A stretch of DNA of 63,931 nt, filler included, from Octopus bimaculoides (Eukaryota), in assembly GCF_001194135.2 (NCBI RefSeq). It is 10 parts of 9 records of this genome, joined end to end, with 100 filler letters (N's around TTAATTAATTAA, not from the genome) between each part and the next. Parts side by side here need not be neighbours in the genome. Positions count along the whole stretch, not along the records: positions 28,577 to 40,419 come from NC_069003.1; positions 40,520 to 50,646 come from NC_068988.1; positions 50,747 to 55,986 come from NC_069009.1; 7 more parts are not named here. One strand, written 5' to 3'. The notes below the pieces were generated by a model, which had not been told where the DNA came from, did no database searches, and saw only the letters and a program-made list of their open reading frames with translations. Below, one piece after another: positions 38,977 through 51,953 of this stretch (the first letter of the stretch is position 1; the number at the start of each line of letters is the position of its first letter). The position numbers were made by a program, and so were the translations under genes.

Positions 38977-39021
<45 letters not shown>

Positions 39022-39243
39022 AGTTTGTGTGTCTGTGTTTGTCCCCCCACCACCACTTGACAACCAATGTTGGTGTGATTACATCCCTGTAACTTAGCAG
39101 TTTAGCAAACATGACCAACAAAATAAGCACCAGGCTTACAAAGAATAAGTCCTGGGGTTGTATTTGTTCAACTAAAGGTGGTGCTCCAGCATGGCCACAG
39201 TCAAATGATTGAAACAAATAAAAGAGTAAAAGAATAAAAGAAT
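38821..39243 (+). mobile_element. SINE family A, full-length reference copy
   Basis: GGCGCAGGAGTGGCTGTGTGG head, GGCTCAGTCCC B-box, core GGCACTTTGGGAAGTG, internal (TA)/(TATG) spacer, 3' half with GTGCTCCAGCATGGCC and (AAAAGA)n tail. Confidence 0.9.
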
Positions 39244-39618
39244 ATCTGTGCTTGCTTCAATTTTAAGAACGAAAAAAATGGATCTTTTTTTTTTTTTAAA
39301 TCCTAGAACTTGGTCTGCAAAGCAAATTTCGTTTCTACTCTTATGGCAGCACCCTCGACACACACACACAGGCAGCCTTATCCTAAAAGCTAGATAATAG
39401 TATAGAGAGATAGGAGTTCAATTTTCACACCAATAACATGCTGTAAAACTCATTCTTTAAAATGCCAGGTAAACTATGAGCTACGGAGTCAAATGAATGC
39501 CCTTGGCACTTGCACAAGTACACACACTCACACGCATACAAATGCTAGTGGCATGTATGCGTATACACAACCTTGCAATTCGCTCACATATGCACATATA
39601 CAAAGGCACAGCTAATTG

Positions 39619-39659
<41 letters not shown>

Positions 39660-40060
39660 GATGTGTGTGTGCAGTAGCAATATTCATATTTGTGTGAGTG
39701 TGTGTGTAGTGTGTATATGTACCAGCAGTGTTTGTTTGAATTTCTCTCTCTCTCTCGCTTTTCCTCCCTCTCCCTCTTTCTTTCTCACTCTCTCCCTCTT
39801 TCTTTCTCTCTCTCTCTCTCCTTCTCTCTCTCTCCTATTATTCACTCACTTTTACCATACAATTTTCCCCAGTGTAACAGACTCTTTTTCATCTCAGAAA
39901 TGTATCATTTGCACTTTCATAATCATAATATATATATNNNNNNNNNNNNNNNNNNNNNNNNNNNNNNNNNNNNNNNNNNNNNNNNNNNNNNNNNNNNNNN
40001 NNNNNNNNNNNNNNNNNNNNNNNNNNNNNNNNNNNNNNNNNNNNNNNNNNNNNNNNNNNN

Positions 40061-40117
<57 letters not shown>

Positions 40118-40325
40118 ATGTATGTATGTATATATGGATGTATGTATATATTTGCATACATAGGTGTGCACGTGCATACGTATGTAGGTATGTAGGGTGC
40201 TAAATAAGCTACTGAGAAGCTTAGTAAAATACAACAACCTGCTACGGCTCAAGCACTACGATAACTTATGATAATTCAACATAAAACAAAAAGATTCTAA
40301 TGAACAAATATACATACATACACAC

Positions 40326-40366
<41 letters not shown>

Positions 40367-40524
40367 TGTATATATGTATGTATGTATGTATATGTGTATA
40401 CATGTATGTATGTATGTATNNNNNNNNNNNNNNNNNNNNNNNNNNNNNNNNNNNNNNNNNNNNTTAATTAATTAANNNNNNNNNNNNNNNNNNNNNNNNN
40501 NNNNNNNNNNNNNNNNNNNCTAAC

Positions 40525-40788
40525 TGTTATGTTTCCCTCGGGTGACTCGTAGAGATAACATAACGAGTTATACAGTTTAATTATTACATTTATTGTTCAA
40601 TTACATACAAAGAACGCACTCACCCAATGTTCGTTATGAATAAACAAAAGTCATGTCCGCCATATATATATCAATGACATTTTACTACGACAGTCCCACA
40701 AGACAACAACAATGAAACAATGAACTCAGACGAACCACATGACACACGGAACGTCAGACGAATTACATATCTAACAGTCCATATAACA
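40525..40788. mobile_element. Solo LTR, 264 bp
   Basis: TGTTAT...ATAACA terminal inverted repeat with perfect 5-bp TSD CTAAC (40520-40524, 40789-40793). Confidence 0.8.
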
Positions 40789-40829
40789 CTAACCCTAACC
40801 CTTTCCAAATGCTTCAAAGGAGTATTGCT

Positions 40830-41250
40830 TTTTCGGAATAAACTCTACGGGCAAGTTAGAAGTGCCAATCAAAGTACCAGAAAGTAGCAGGAGCATGCAT
40901 TAGATGTGATAAGTGAGTGCGCTAGTCTTCCTGAACCTAAGGTCTGGTTAAAGCGTTTGGGATCTACTTTAAACCATATCATTTGATGTATAAAACATTT
41001 TTGATGTTGTGAGAAAGATGGCTAGGCTCGTTACAACGTTGGATGCAAGCTGTCTTCATATTTACCACCGGTCTTACTTTGTCCTAGGAAATATATACCT
41101 AAATTTGAAAATATTTTATTCCGCTTTTGGGGGAAGGGCCAGATTCCGCTGGTCATATGCGGCCAGCACCCGTTAAAATCGAAGCTGGGGCTGCTACAAA
41201 TTGATACACGAGAAATGCATCGAGGCTAGTACATCTACGAGATTTCTGGA
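40830..41250 (+). pseudogene. L1/Tx1-like LINE ORF2 relic (post-RT region)
   Basis: VLLCPRKYIPKFENILFRFWGKGQIPLVICGQHPLKSKLGL resembles the L1/Tx1 motif xPCP...LExxLFxFLWxG...xxPxxxGGLG; several stops. Confidence 0.55.
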
Positions 41251-43659
41251 CAAGAACATATACGTTGAACATGTGTGTCACCAATCATATCTCCCCATCT
41301 GTGTGTATATGTGTATTTGTGTGTGTGTGCGCGCGCATGCGCGTGAGATTGCTTGTGTATCTATAAATGTCACAAGAAAATTCAGCTTCATCTCTCCCAG
41401 GCGTCGGATATATGTACCAACACCTTAGAAAATTGTTGCGTTGAAGCAATTTAAGCTCTTATTAATGACGTTATCATTATCATCATTAGTATTATCATCA
41501 GAAGTCCCTCATCCTTATTAAGTTATTGTGGTTTACATCTTACTGCAATTCAATCAATTCATGTTAAGTGCTATATGATAAAACAATAGTAGTTGGGGGA
41601 GGTTTTCTCAGTTAATCTTATTATAGATAGTTTGAGAAATCTTGTTACACTATAATATATTTAATCAGCTTAGTGGATATTAAGATAGCTTTTTGGAACA
41701 AACATTAAGATTCGCATAACTTTTTCTTGTTCTTTTTCGTTTCTTATTTTTTTCAATATAAAGCTGCTCTTTAGATGATTTACAATTGAATATCAAAAGA
41801 GGTTTCATATAATTTTAAGCAGAACTACACACCAATAAACACATATACGAATTTATTGAAATACTCAGATGAATTCATATAAATGTAACCAAAAATAAAT
41901 ACAAAGACCAGAAAACATTTTGAAATAAAAGTAAAATAAAATGAGAATAGAATGAGAATATATGCTATAAAATATGAAATGCATAAATATTGCCGAACTA
42001 CTTAGTCTAATTATGTACAGGCCAAAGAAAATAACGGACTTGAAATAGCAACATTGCAGTTTTGCTACTAACTCAATACAAACTATCTAGTAAGTTGCCC
42101 GCATGATTGTTGGCATCCTCATAACATCATGAAGAATGGGAAACATTTACATCATTAGAATATTCTTAATAATATTCTTGCAATGTATACTTCATTTTAT
42201 ACACGTGTCAGTGTTCATGTGAGAGAAATATACTATACAAACCGTTGTTCAAGAACTGTATGTAACATTTTAGTATAGGGAAGATTTTGTTTTGACTTCT
42301 CATTATATAGGAGTATAGTTTGTTTTGACTATTGTGAGCTGTAGTTAATATATACAATCTGAGCACTAACTTTCAATGCTGCCTGAAAGGAGATTATTTT
42401 TCCCTATAAAAGATAGTTTCCACATTTTATATCATATCAATATCATCATATTATGCCTATTTCAACGTCGCATAACCTTTGCTATCGTACCTCGAGATCC
42501 GGTACTAAATAGTTACTATGTATAGAACAGGAAGAGCATGGGAGTATGAAAGTGATCTTTGATGATTTGCGTTACATTCAAGCCTTTCTATGACCCCCGC
42601 TAAGTGTCAATATGAAATTTAGAATTTCTTTAGATTTCCTTTTATATATACATTGGACAATGATTTATTTGAGATACATGTATTGATGCATATTGTTTGC
42701 TAGATTTGAAGGAGTTTCTCCCCTCCCAGAGCTTCCTCCTAGAGTGTCCGTGTGAGATCATTATACAGAGAGATTTCACAGGCTGTGACGCATTATATTT
42801 TAAGCGATGGAGCCACACTGACTTTAGTTACTCCCAAGAATGAGATGCTTTCAGAAAAAAAAACAAAAAAAAAACACTAAGTTGGTGTGCACAACAGATA
42901 TGAAGGTTCTCATTTGTAAAATCTGATGCATTCTTCTCTATGACAATAAGGTTTCATCAATCCCATTATGTGTTTGTTGATTAGAGTTTCATTCCATGTT
43001 CCATCAGAACCTGATCCACAGCAAACTACACGTCAGGAATGGAACTTACACAGCAAACTAATAGAATCCTCATTATTTTTATATTATAACACATATATTT
43101 TCATGTGTTGCAATTCAGTGACACTTCTGCAACTCCTTTGCCTAAAGCAGCATTAGAGTTAGATTACAGGGTACATATATTCTGTCTGGTAGTCTGATAC
43201 TTTGTCAAGGTAATATTTAACATGATGTCACAATATCTAGACGTAAAATAAATCAAGGACTGGCCGCTGCAAAATTGATAAAACTGTATTGCCATTTTAA
43301 CAACAAAACATGACGAAGCTTGAAATTATTTACAATGTCATCAGCTCATAGGATCCATAAAATATGACTCGTTTAATTTTATAATTAGAATATTAAGTAA
43401 ATATACTTTGTAAATATGTTTAGAGGCGAGATGCTATGTTTGCACACTAATATTACACAAACAAAATTCCCTCATTAAAAGATACCGTCTTGTGTCTCAT
43501 TCCCCACTATTACTGTGATCTCTGAAAAATATTAACATCAAACTCACTTTGCATAATTTTATTGGTAGCAGAATATAGTTTTATCTATTGATCCTGTTCA
43601 TCACGCCTCAACTGAATTATTGAAATGATAACGGTTTCAAATTTTGGCATAAAACCTAC

Positions 43660-43860
43660 ATTTTTTAGGTTGATCGGATAGTGAGTTACTTCAATCTCAG
43701 AACTTGACTGGTATTCTATTTATCAACCCCGAAAGGATGAAAGGCAAAGTCTACTTCCACGGTGGAATTCCACGGTGGAATTCAGAACGTGACGATTCAA
43801 AACATTGCCACTGCAGATTTTGTTCAACTTGCTAACGATCCTGCCAGCTCTCTGCTTTGA
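43660..43860 (-). mobile_element. SINE family B, degenerate
   Basis: TTTATCAACCCCGAAAGGATGAAAGGCAAAGTC and GCTAACGATCCTGCCAGCTC in reverse orientation. Confidence 0.7.
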
Positions 43861-44884
43861 CTATAAGAATGAAAATGATTACATTCTTAACCCATTACCT
43901 TTCATAATTCTATTAACTGGAATTTTTTATGAAACTTTGATTCCTAGCATAAAACATCCTAAGAAACACGCTGGAATGATCAAAATAACGTTTCAAAATA
44001 ACATTTTAAATAGAAATAAGCGAGATATTGGGTGAAAAATGAGCAAACCTCATTTGAATATCAGAGAAATATCCCTAGTAGATATAGCAAAAAGGTTAGT
44101 TATATGTAAATATTGACAGATAATTACGAAATTTGTAATTTTTAAGTGATCTCATATGAGATCACTGGTAGGTAATGGGTTAATGTTAACAATGCTATTA
44201 CATGGATAATTACAATTTATTCTTTAACGAATAACACATTTCATGAGTTACAAATGATCTTTAATAATTTAAAAAAGCAGAAAAATCCTAGGTACAATGA
44301 TGAAGATATCAAGAAAATGAAAATAATAGTGTTAATAATCTGTGAACGAATCTTTCGAGGTTGATTTCCCCTTAATTAATACTGTTTATGGGTAATTTGT
44401 ATATTTGACTTCGAAACTTTTACTAGGTTAGCCTGAACACGTCACTATCAACTAGGTATAAATTTCCTTTGATAGAGTTTATACTTTCGCAAATTATGTG
44501 ATGAAACCTCTAGTTCCCTCCCGATGAGGTTCATGCTGGCCGTTTGCCGCTTCAGTTTTATCAGTCTAGAAGTGATGGTGCATGACCTACATACTGCTAT
44601 TCTTCTGGTGACAATTTTCATTAACAATAACGTTAATTAGAAGATCGTTTCTTCTTGTTATAGTCCGTCTTTCGAGTCAGCCCTAATTTATCAGCTCTAT
44701 GATATTTCATATTCCGGCATTTTACACCAGGTCTTAAATATATTTACAAGCGCAATTTATAATTTAAAGAGTATGTTATAGGTGATGTGTTATTGTTGAA
44801 ACCCATTATATTTGGAGTAGTAAAATGTATGCTGAAGTAATTGTTGGTCCTTATATTCATAAGCACAACTTCCAAATAGAGTTT

Positions 44885-45195
44885 TACCATGGGCAACTAC
44901 CTTGGGCAAGGGACTTCTACTCTAGCTTCAGGCTGACCAACGTCTCATGGGTGGATTTGGTAGACGGAAACTGAAAGAAGTTCGCCGTATAAATCTCCTC
45001 TTTTCCCTCTTTTTGTTTTCTCTCCTTTTTATCTCTCCTTGTTTCTTTCCTTGTTTCTTTGTGTGTTCCATTCTGTGGAAGAGCGTAGGCTAGAAACGTT
45101 AAATTCTTTTTCAATCCCCGAGCGTTATACTAATACATCTATTTGTTTTCAACACCACCTGTCTTCGTCTGGTTTTTTTTTTGTGTGAATTCTCC

Positions 45196-45267
<72 letters not shown>

Positions 45268-45490
45268 GTGTGTGTGGTGGGTGTTTGTGCGTCTTTATGG
45301 TTTTGTCACTCCTCCACCACCGGTTGACAACCTGTGATGGTTTGTTTATCCCCAGAGTCCTTGCGGTTCCGTAAATATACCGACAGAATATGTACCAGGC
45401 TTAACAAATAAGTACTGGGGCAGATTAGCTCAACTAAAACCGTCCAAAGCAGCGCCCCAGCATGGGCGCACTTCAATGACTGAAACAAAG
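44885..45490 (+). mobile_element. SINE family A interrupted by a ~200-bp hammerhead-like repeat fragment (~44990-45197)
   Basis: 5' half ends AAGTTCGCCGTATA; insert contains CTGTGGA-A-GAGC-gtag-GCTA-GAAACGTT (45073-45100); then (TA)n and the 3' half. Confidence 0.65.
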
Positions 45491-45743
45491 ATGTTTTACA
45501 GTTGACGTTGAAATCCCATTATGAAAGCATTGCAGCCGTCAATATCTTCTCTTTGGCGCAATTAAGGTTAAATTTTTAAGACGATGTATATGATTTCAGA
45601 AAATTTGGCTTCCATTTCTAGCAAACCGAATGGACACATTAAAGCAATATCGATGATGTGTAGGTTGTCTCGCTTCTTTTTCTAGTCAGTGTACCACGAT
45701 TACAATATCCAATGTATGCTTTTTTTTTCTTTGAAACCTGTAG

Positions 45744-45800
45744 AATATGACTTCAGCGGACGTGGTTGGCATTTCTGACAAGACAAGCGACTACGTTGAG
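45744..45800 (+). CDS. Candidate 57-nt phase-0 exon, product unknown (NMTSADVVGISDKTSDYVE)
   Basis: Strong polypyrimidine acceptor TTTTTTTTCTTTGAAACCTGTAG, donor GAG|GTAACT; only one frame is open; no homology recognised. Confidence 0.3.
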
Positions 45801-46924
45801 GTAACTTCGTCGTAATGTTATTTGTCACTGTACTTATGACGTTATGATATTCTCCATATATACTGTCTTAAAATATTTTTCAAGAATTTTCTTTGTTAGC
45901 CTACAACCCTGGCTACATTCGTACATTTCAAAACAGGGCCTAGATCGGCAAGGATTACACATTAATATTCATGAGCTTAGATATGTTCAACTCTTTCCTT
46001 GCCTGAGCAATAAAAAGTGACGGAAGTATTTTGCAATTAGCTCAATAATAGAAATTTGTATTTGTTTTAGTGGAGAAATAGCAAGTGACATTTTGCGTCT
46101 ATTGTGAATAGCAATAATTCTCCTGCGCACATATGTAACTACTTTCTCGATTTTTTTAATATGTAAAGGTAAACTTACCTTGCTAGAATTTGAAATCAAA
46201 ATATAAACGTATGTAAATAAACATTATAATGAATTTACATTGCACTCTAAGGGTATAAAAATAATATAAAATGTTGTACATTTCAATATTGAATTGCTAT
46301 CATTATTATCATTTAGGCTCTTCGATCAAAGTTCTAAACGTCATCAACTATTTCATTTCGTTTCGGCTATGCAAGTTTTCTTAAAAAAGTAAGTATTCAC
46401 TTGTTAATGGTAGTGGGCGAGATGAGCGAAAATTGTTTGCTATTTGTACCAGCTAGAGCGTTGGCATAAATACAGTTCGATGTTTAATTTAGTACAGTGT
46501 AAGGGATACACTAAATAAATGGTACAGTATTTGATAGGTTTGCTTCTTGGTTATGCATTATAAACTGATCTATGAATTTTATCCCTTTTGGCTGATAAAA
46601 TTTGAGTTGCTCCTTTGGGCATGCAATGCAGTAAATGAGAGCTTTTTGTTTTGCAATTTCATTCCTTCCGATTCATGAATATTTTTACTTTTGCAATTTC
46701 ATTCCTTTGTTTTCATTCCTTTGTTTTGCAATTTCATTCCTTCCAATTCTTGAATGTTTTTACCTTTGCTTTGTTCAAATAACTCACACGTCTCCCGTCG
46801 AAGGTTATCACATTTTGTTACGTGCACTGTCTCATTTTCCACCCTCGACATAACAAAAGTATTTTCCTATTTGCGAGCGCGCCCGAGCGTGTGTGAGTGT
46901 GTGTGTGTATGCGCGCGCGCGTGT

Positions 46925-46964
<40 letters not shown>

Positions 46965-47261
46965 GTGTGTGTGTGTGCGTATGAGCATGAATTAAGGATT
47001 TTAATATAATTAATAATTATTAATTCAAAACAATATTCTTCAGATATTGTTCAGATATTGTTACACTTCAAGATATTGTTATTCTGCAGATATTGTTACA
47101 CTTTCAAGAATGTCACCAACATTTCTCATAACATTAAGAAAGAGATACTAGATATATACACACGTGTGCGCACACGCATACATACATGCCTTTATATGTG
47201 TGTGTGTGTGTGTGTGTGCATATGTGTGCACGCGCGCGTATGTATTTTTTTTTTTCAAGGA

Positions 47262-47576
47262 GGACTCTGTCGGTTACGACTACGAGCCGATACGATCAAC
47301 GGAACCGCTTGCTCGTGAAATTAACGTGCAAGTGGCTGAGCAATCCACACACATGTGTACCCTTAACATAATTCTCAGGGAGATTCAGTGTGACGCAGAG
47401 TGTGACAAGGCTGGCCCTTTGAAATACAGGTGCACCTCATTTTTGCCAGCTGAGTGAACTTGTGCAACGTGAAATAGAGTGTCTTGCTCAAGGACACAAT
47501 ACGTCGCCGGAAATTGAACTCACAACCTTACGATCATGAGTCGGATGGCCTAACCACTATGCCAAATACCTTCACT
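47262..47576 (-). mobile_element. SINE family D, full length
   Basis: Reverse complement of 33731-34056. Confidence 0.85.
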
Positions 47577-49139
47577 ATATATAAATATACGTATGTATAT
47601 AATGGCTATATATGTGTGTATGCGTACATATACATACATACATATATATATATGTGCGTATATATATATATATATACATACACACACACACATGTATATA
47701 TATATATATNNNNNNNNNNNNNNNNNNNNNNNNNNNNNNNNNNNNNNNNNNNNNNNNNNNNNNNNNNNNNNNNNNNNNNNNNNNNNNNNNNNNNNNNNNN
47801 NNNNNNNNNNNNNNNNNNNNNNNNNNNNNNNNNNNNNNNNNNNNNNNNNNNNNNNNNNNNNNNNNNNNNNNNNNNNNNNNNNNNNNNNNNNNNNNNNNNN
47901 NNNNNNNNNNNNNNNNNNNNNNNNNNNNNNNNNNNNNNNNNNNNNNNNNNNNNNNNNNNNNNNNNNNNNNNNNNNNNNNNNNNNNNNNNNNNNNNNNNNN
48001 NNNNNNNNNNNNNNNNNNNNNNNNNNNNNNNNNNNNNNNNNNNNNNNNNNNNNNNNNNNNNNNNNNNNNNNNNNNNNNNNNNNNNNNNNNNNNNNNNNNN
48101 NNNNNNNNNNNNNNNNNNNNNNNNNNNNNNNNNNNNNNNNNNNNNNNNNNNNNNNNNNNNNNNNNNNNNNNNNNNNNNNNNNNNNNNNNNNNNNNNNNNN
48201 NNNNNNNNNNNNNNNNNNNNNNNNNNNNNNNNNNNNNNNNNNNNNNNNNNNNNNNNNNNNNNNNNNNNNNNNNNNNNNNNNNNNNNNNNNNNNNNNNNNN
48301 NNNNNNNNNNNNNNNNNNNNNNNNNNNNNNNNNNNNNNNNNNNNNNNNNNNNNNNNNNNNNNNNNNNNNNNNNNNNNNNNNNNNNNNNNNNNNNNNNNNN
48401 NNNNNNNNNNNNNNNNNNNNNNNNNNNNNNNNNNNNNNNNNNNNNNNNNNNNNNATATATATATACCTATATATGTATGTACACATATACATATATATAT
48501 ATATACTTATATATATAAACATGTTCATTCGTATATAATATATATGTGTGTGTATGAATGTATGCATGTATATAAATGTATGTATGTGTGTGTAATTCTA
48601 AGCTACATGCTTATAGGCATACATGCATGCATAGGGTACACATGTATAACTTATAGCATGCTTCTAGAAAATATCTACATAGAGAAAACAACAGCTCTTG
48701 CAGAAACAATATATTAAACAAGTGATAGGATCATGAACATGCCATACACAATACGATTCCATACAAAAAGTGTTTTGTGTATGAATATATATNNNNNNNN
48801 NNNNNNNNNNNNNNNNNNNNNNNNNNNNNNNNNNNNNNTCACACACGCGCATACACTCAATCACACGCATCCACGTATATGGTCCGCTACATTTCTTTTA
48901 ATCGGCAGTATGTAACAAAAAAGACTGATATTTTAGGAATTACGTATGAAATTCTTAAGGGACTTGAACGAATCTCACTTTTCTCAAGCGACATTATACA
49001 ACTTTACGTCGATTAACATATGTAGACTTATGTATTCTTCCTCCTACTTGGAATTTTATGTATTCTCTCTCCCACTTAGATTTGAAATGTTGCCACATTT
49101 ATAATATGTCTTTTCTACTGTAATTTTCTGCATTTTCGT

Positions 49140-49226
49140 GCAGCTGAAGATTGCTCTTCATACTGCATTTAATATAATGCTCGCATTACTTAAATATATT
49201 GGAGTAGCATGAAACGTGCGTACTGC
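49140..49226 (+). ncRNA. Type I hammerhead ribozyme, intact catalytic core
   Basis: GCAG-CUGAAGA-(UUGCUCUUCA / UGGAGUAGCAU stem II with ~40-nt loop)-GAAA-CG-UG-CGUA-CUGC; stem I GCAG/CUGC, stem III ACG/CGU, predicted cleavage after A49222. Confidence 0.75.
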
Positions 49227-49930
49227 CATCACCTTTGAAATCCGTGTTGCTTATTGTTTTTATTTTTTCATCACCTATCCTTTTGGAATACGATATTCGG
49301 GTGCCTACGCATAAGTACCATATTCAACCTTGAATCTATGTAGACAGATATGTAGTTAGACAGACATAGGATGAAAACTGTAAGACGTCACGATACTTTT
49401 GTCGGGATTGTGAGCAGATATGTATCACCAGTATTTATCCACAAGTATACTAAATACGTAAAACCTAATATGTAACTCTGTTGCGTCTGGGGAGAGTCAT
49501 TTTTCTTTTCTTGCCTTAAAATTTAACACACTCACCGTTAAAATTTCCACTTATTATTTTTATTTTCCTAAAATTTTCGTTGCGTCTTGCAACCTTTTCA
49601 ATAGTCTTGACTAATATGTAATGTTAACTAATATGTAATGTTAAATTAAACTAATTATATTGATTTGTGTACTTTACACATACAAGGTTTCCATGTTGGA
49701 CATTTAATTATTCTTGTCTTAGTGCTTCGTTTAGTAACTATAGGACAAAAGTATTGCTTTTCCTTGTATTACGGGGAAGGAGGAAAAAACGATAGGATTT
49801 GAGTAAATTGAACAAGCGACGATTTTTTCCTCTCGTCATAAAAATAGGAGATTGCCAAAGGAAATAATGTTAACATAACAGTCTGGAAGAAACGTTGAAG
49901 GAACTTCACCTCTGCAAGGTCTATTGATGT

Positions 49931-50646
<716 letters not shown>

Positions 50647-51261
50647 NNNNNNNNNNNNNNNNNNNNNNNNNNNNNNNNNNNNNNNNNNNNTTAATTAATT
50701 AANNNNNNNNNNNNNNNNNNNNNNNNNNNNNNNNNNNNNNNNNNNNTAAAAACAGATTTTCATAGGCATTCATTGATTTGATGACCTCAACTTCTCTGAG
50801 GCAGTGAAGAAAGCTGACCAATATGAAACGTTAGATAGCGACCTATGTTTGTCTAGGTTCAGTTTGTAATTAAACAGTAGTGTGATTAAAATTGACGGCT
50901 GTTTATGGTGGATACTGTATCACAGCTTATTGAATGTCAGCAACATTATTTATAAAAACCTACCGCCAAGAGTATGTCTTACTCAGCTACAAAGGATCCC
51001 ATAGTGTTGTGCAACTCCGACTACCCACGGTTTTATTTAATTCAACCAAGTAGGAGACCCACGTATATACAGCAATGAGTATACAACTGATGAACTGGAC
51101 ACATTTACCACTCTCTTGGCTGTATGAATATGGACTGGTTAAATTACTTCCATTGATTCATTAATAATTGTGTGGCGTTTAATTTGAATCTAATATTTCA
51201 TCTGAAAACGACTGTAAATTCTCTTGAGTNNNNNNNNNNNNNNNNNNNNNNNNNNNNNNNN

Positions 51262-51518
51262 GGGGAGATTTCAACAATAGTCCGCGATATTTCCAAGAAA
51301 TCAGAGTATTTCAAAGCAGAAGATATCGACTTGGCTGTAGACATTCATGAGAAAATGGTGCCATTGATATCGAATGTNNNNNNNNNNATGGTGCCATTGA
51401 TATCGAATGTGTCGGCCAATATAACAGTGAACAATATACTTCCTAGTATCAACAATATGATAAACACACCGGAAGAGGTTTTGATTGAAGCAGAACAATC
51501 AGAGGGAACTGGGAGCAG
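51262..51518 (+). CDS. Adhesion GPCR (ADGRG-like) GAIN-region exon, 5' end hidden in gap
   Basis: GEISTIVRDISKKSEYFKAEDIDLAVDIHEKMVPLISNVSANITVNNILPSINNMINTPEEVLIEAEQSEGTGSR with donor AG|GTAAAA; internal 23-bp repeat across a 10-N gap is an assembly overlap. Family call is from recall of octopus aGPCRs. Confidence 0.65.
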
Positions 51519-51733
51519 GTAAAATTGATATCNNNNNNNNNNNNNNNNNNNNNNNNNNNNNNNNNNNNNNNNNNNNNNNNNNNNNNNNNNNNNNNNNNNN
51601 NNNNNNNNNNNNNNNNNNNNNNNNNNNNNNNNNNNNNNNNNNNNNNNNNNNNNNNNNNNNNNNNNNNNNNNNNNNNNNNNNNNNNNNNNNNNNNNNNNNN
51701 NNNNNNNNNNNNNNNNNNNNNNNNNNNNNNNNN

Positions 51734-51772
<39 letters not shown>

Positions 51773-51935
51773 AGAGAAGAGGAAAGGGCGGAGGAGGAGG
51801 AGAAGAAGAACAAACTACAAACAACAGTAGCATAAATAGATTTACTAATCAATATAATTAGTGTAATTACAGCTACATTTAATTACATATTTGAAACACT
51901 CTCAGTTGAGATTTATTTTCTTGATTTTCTCACAG

Positions 51936-51953
51936 AATGCTGGACATTATAGA
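51936..51953 (+). CDS. Next adhesion GPCR exon (start only)
   Basis: Acceptor TTTTCTTGATTTTCTCACAG, phase-compatible with the previous donor (AG|A = Arg), giving ...GSR-MLDII; runs into N gap. Confidence 0.65.

Noticed and set aside
46170-46210. Minus-strand AG-CAAG|GTAAGT as 4-nt microexon or recursive splice site
   Set aside because: No host gene identified; motif alone is insufficient.
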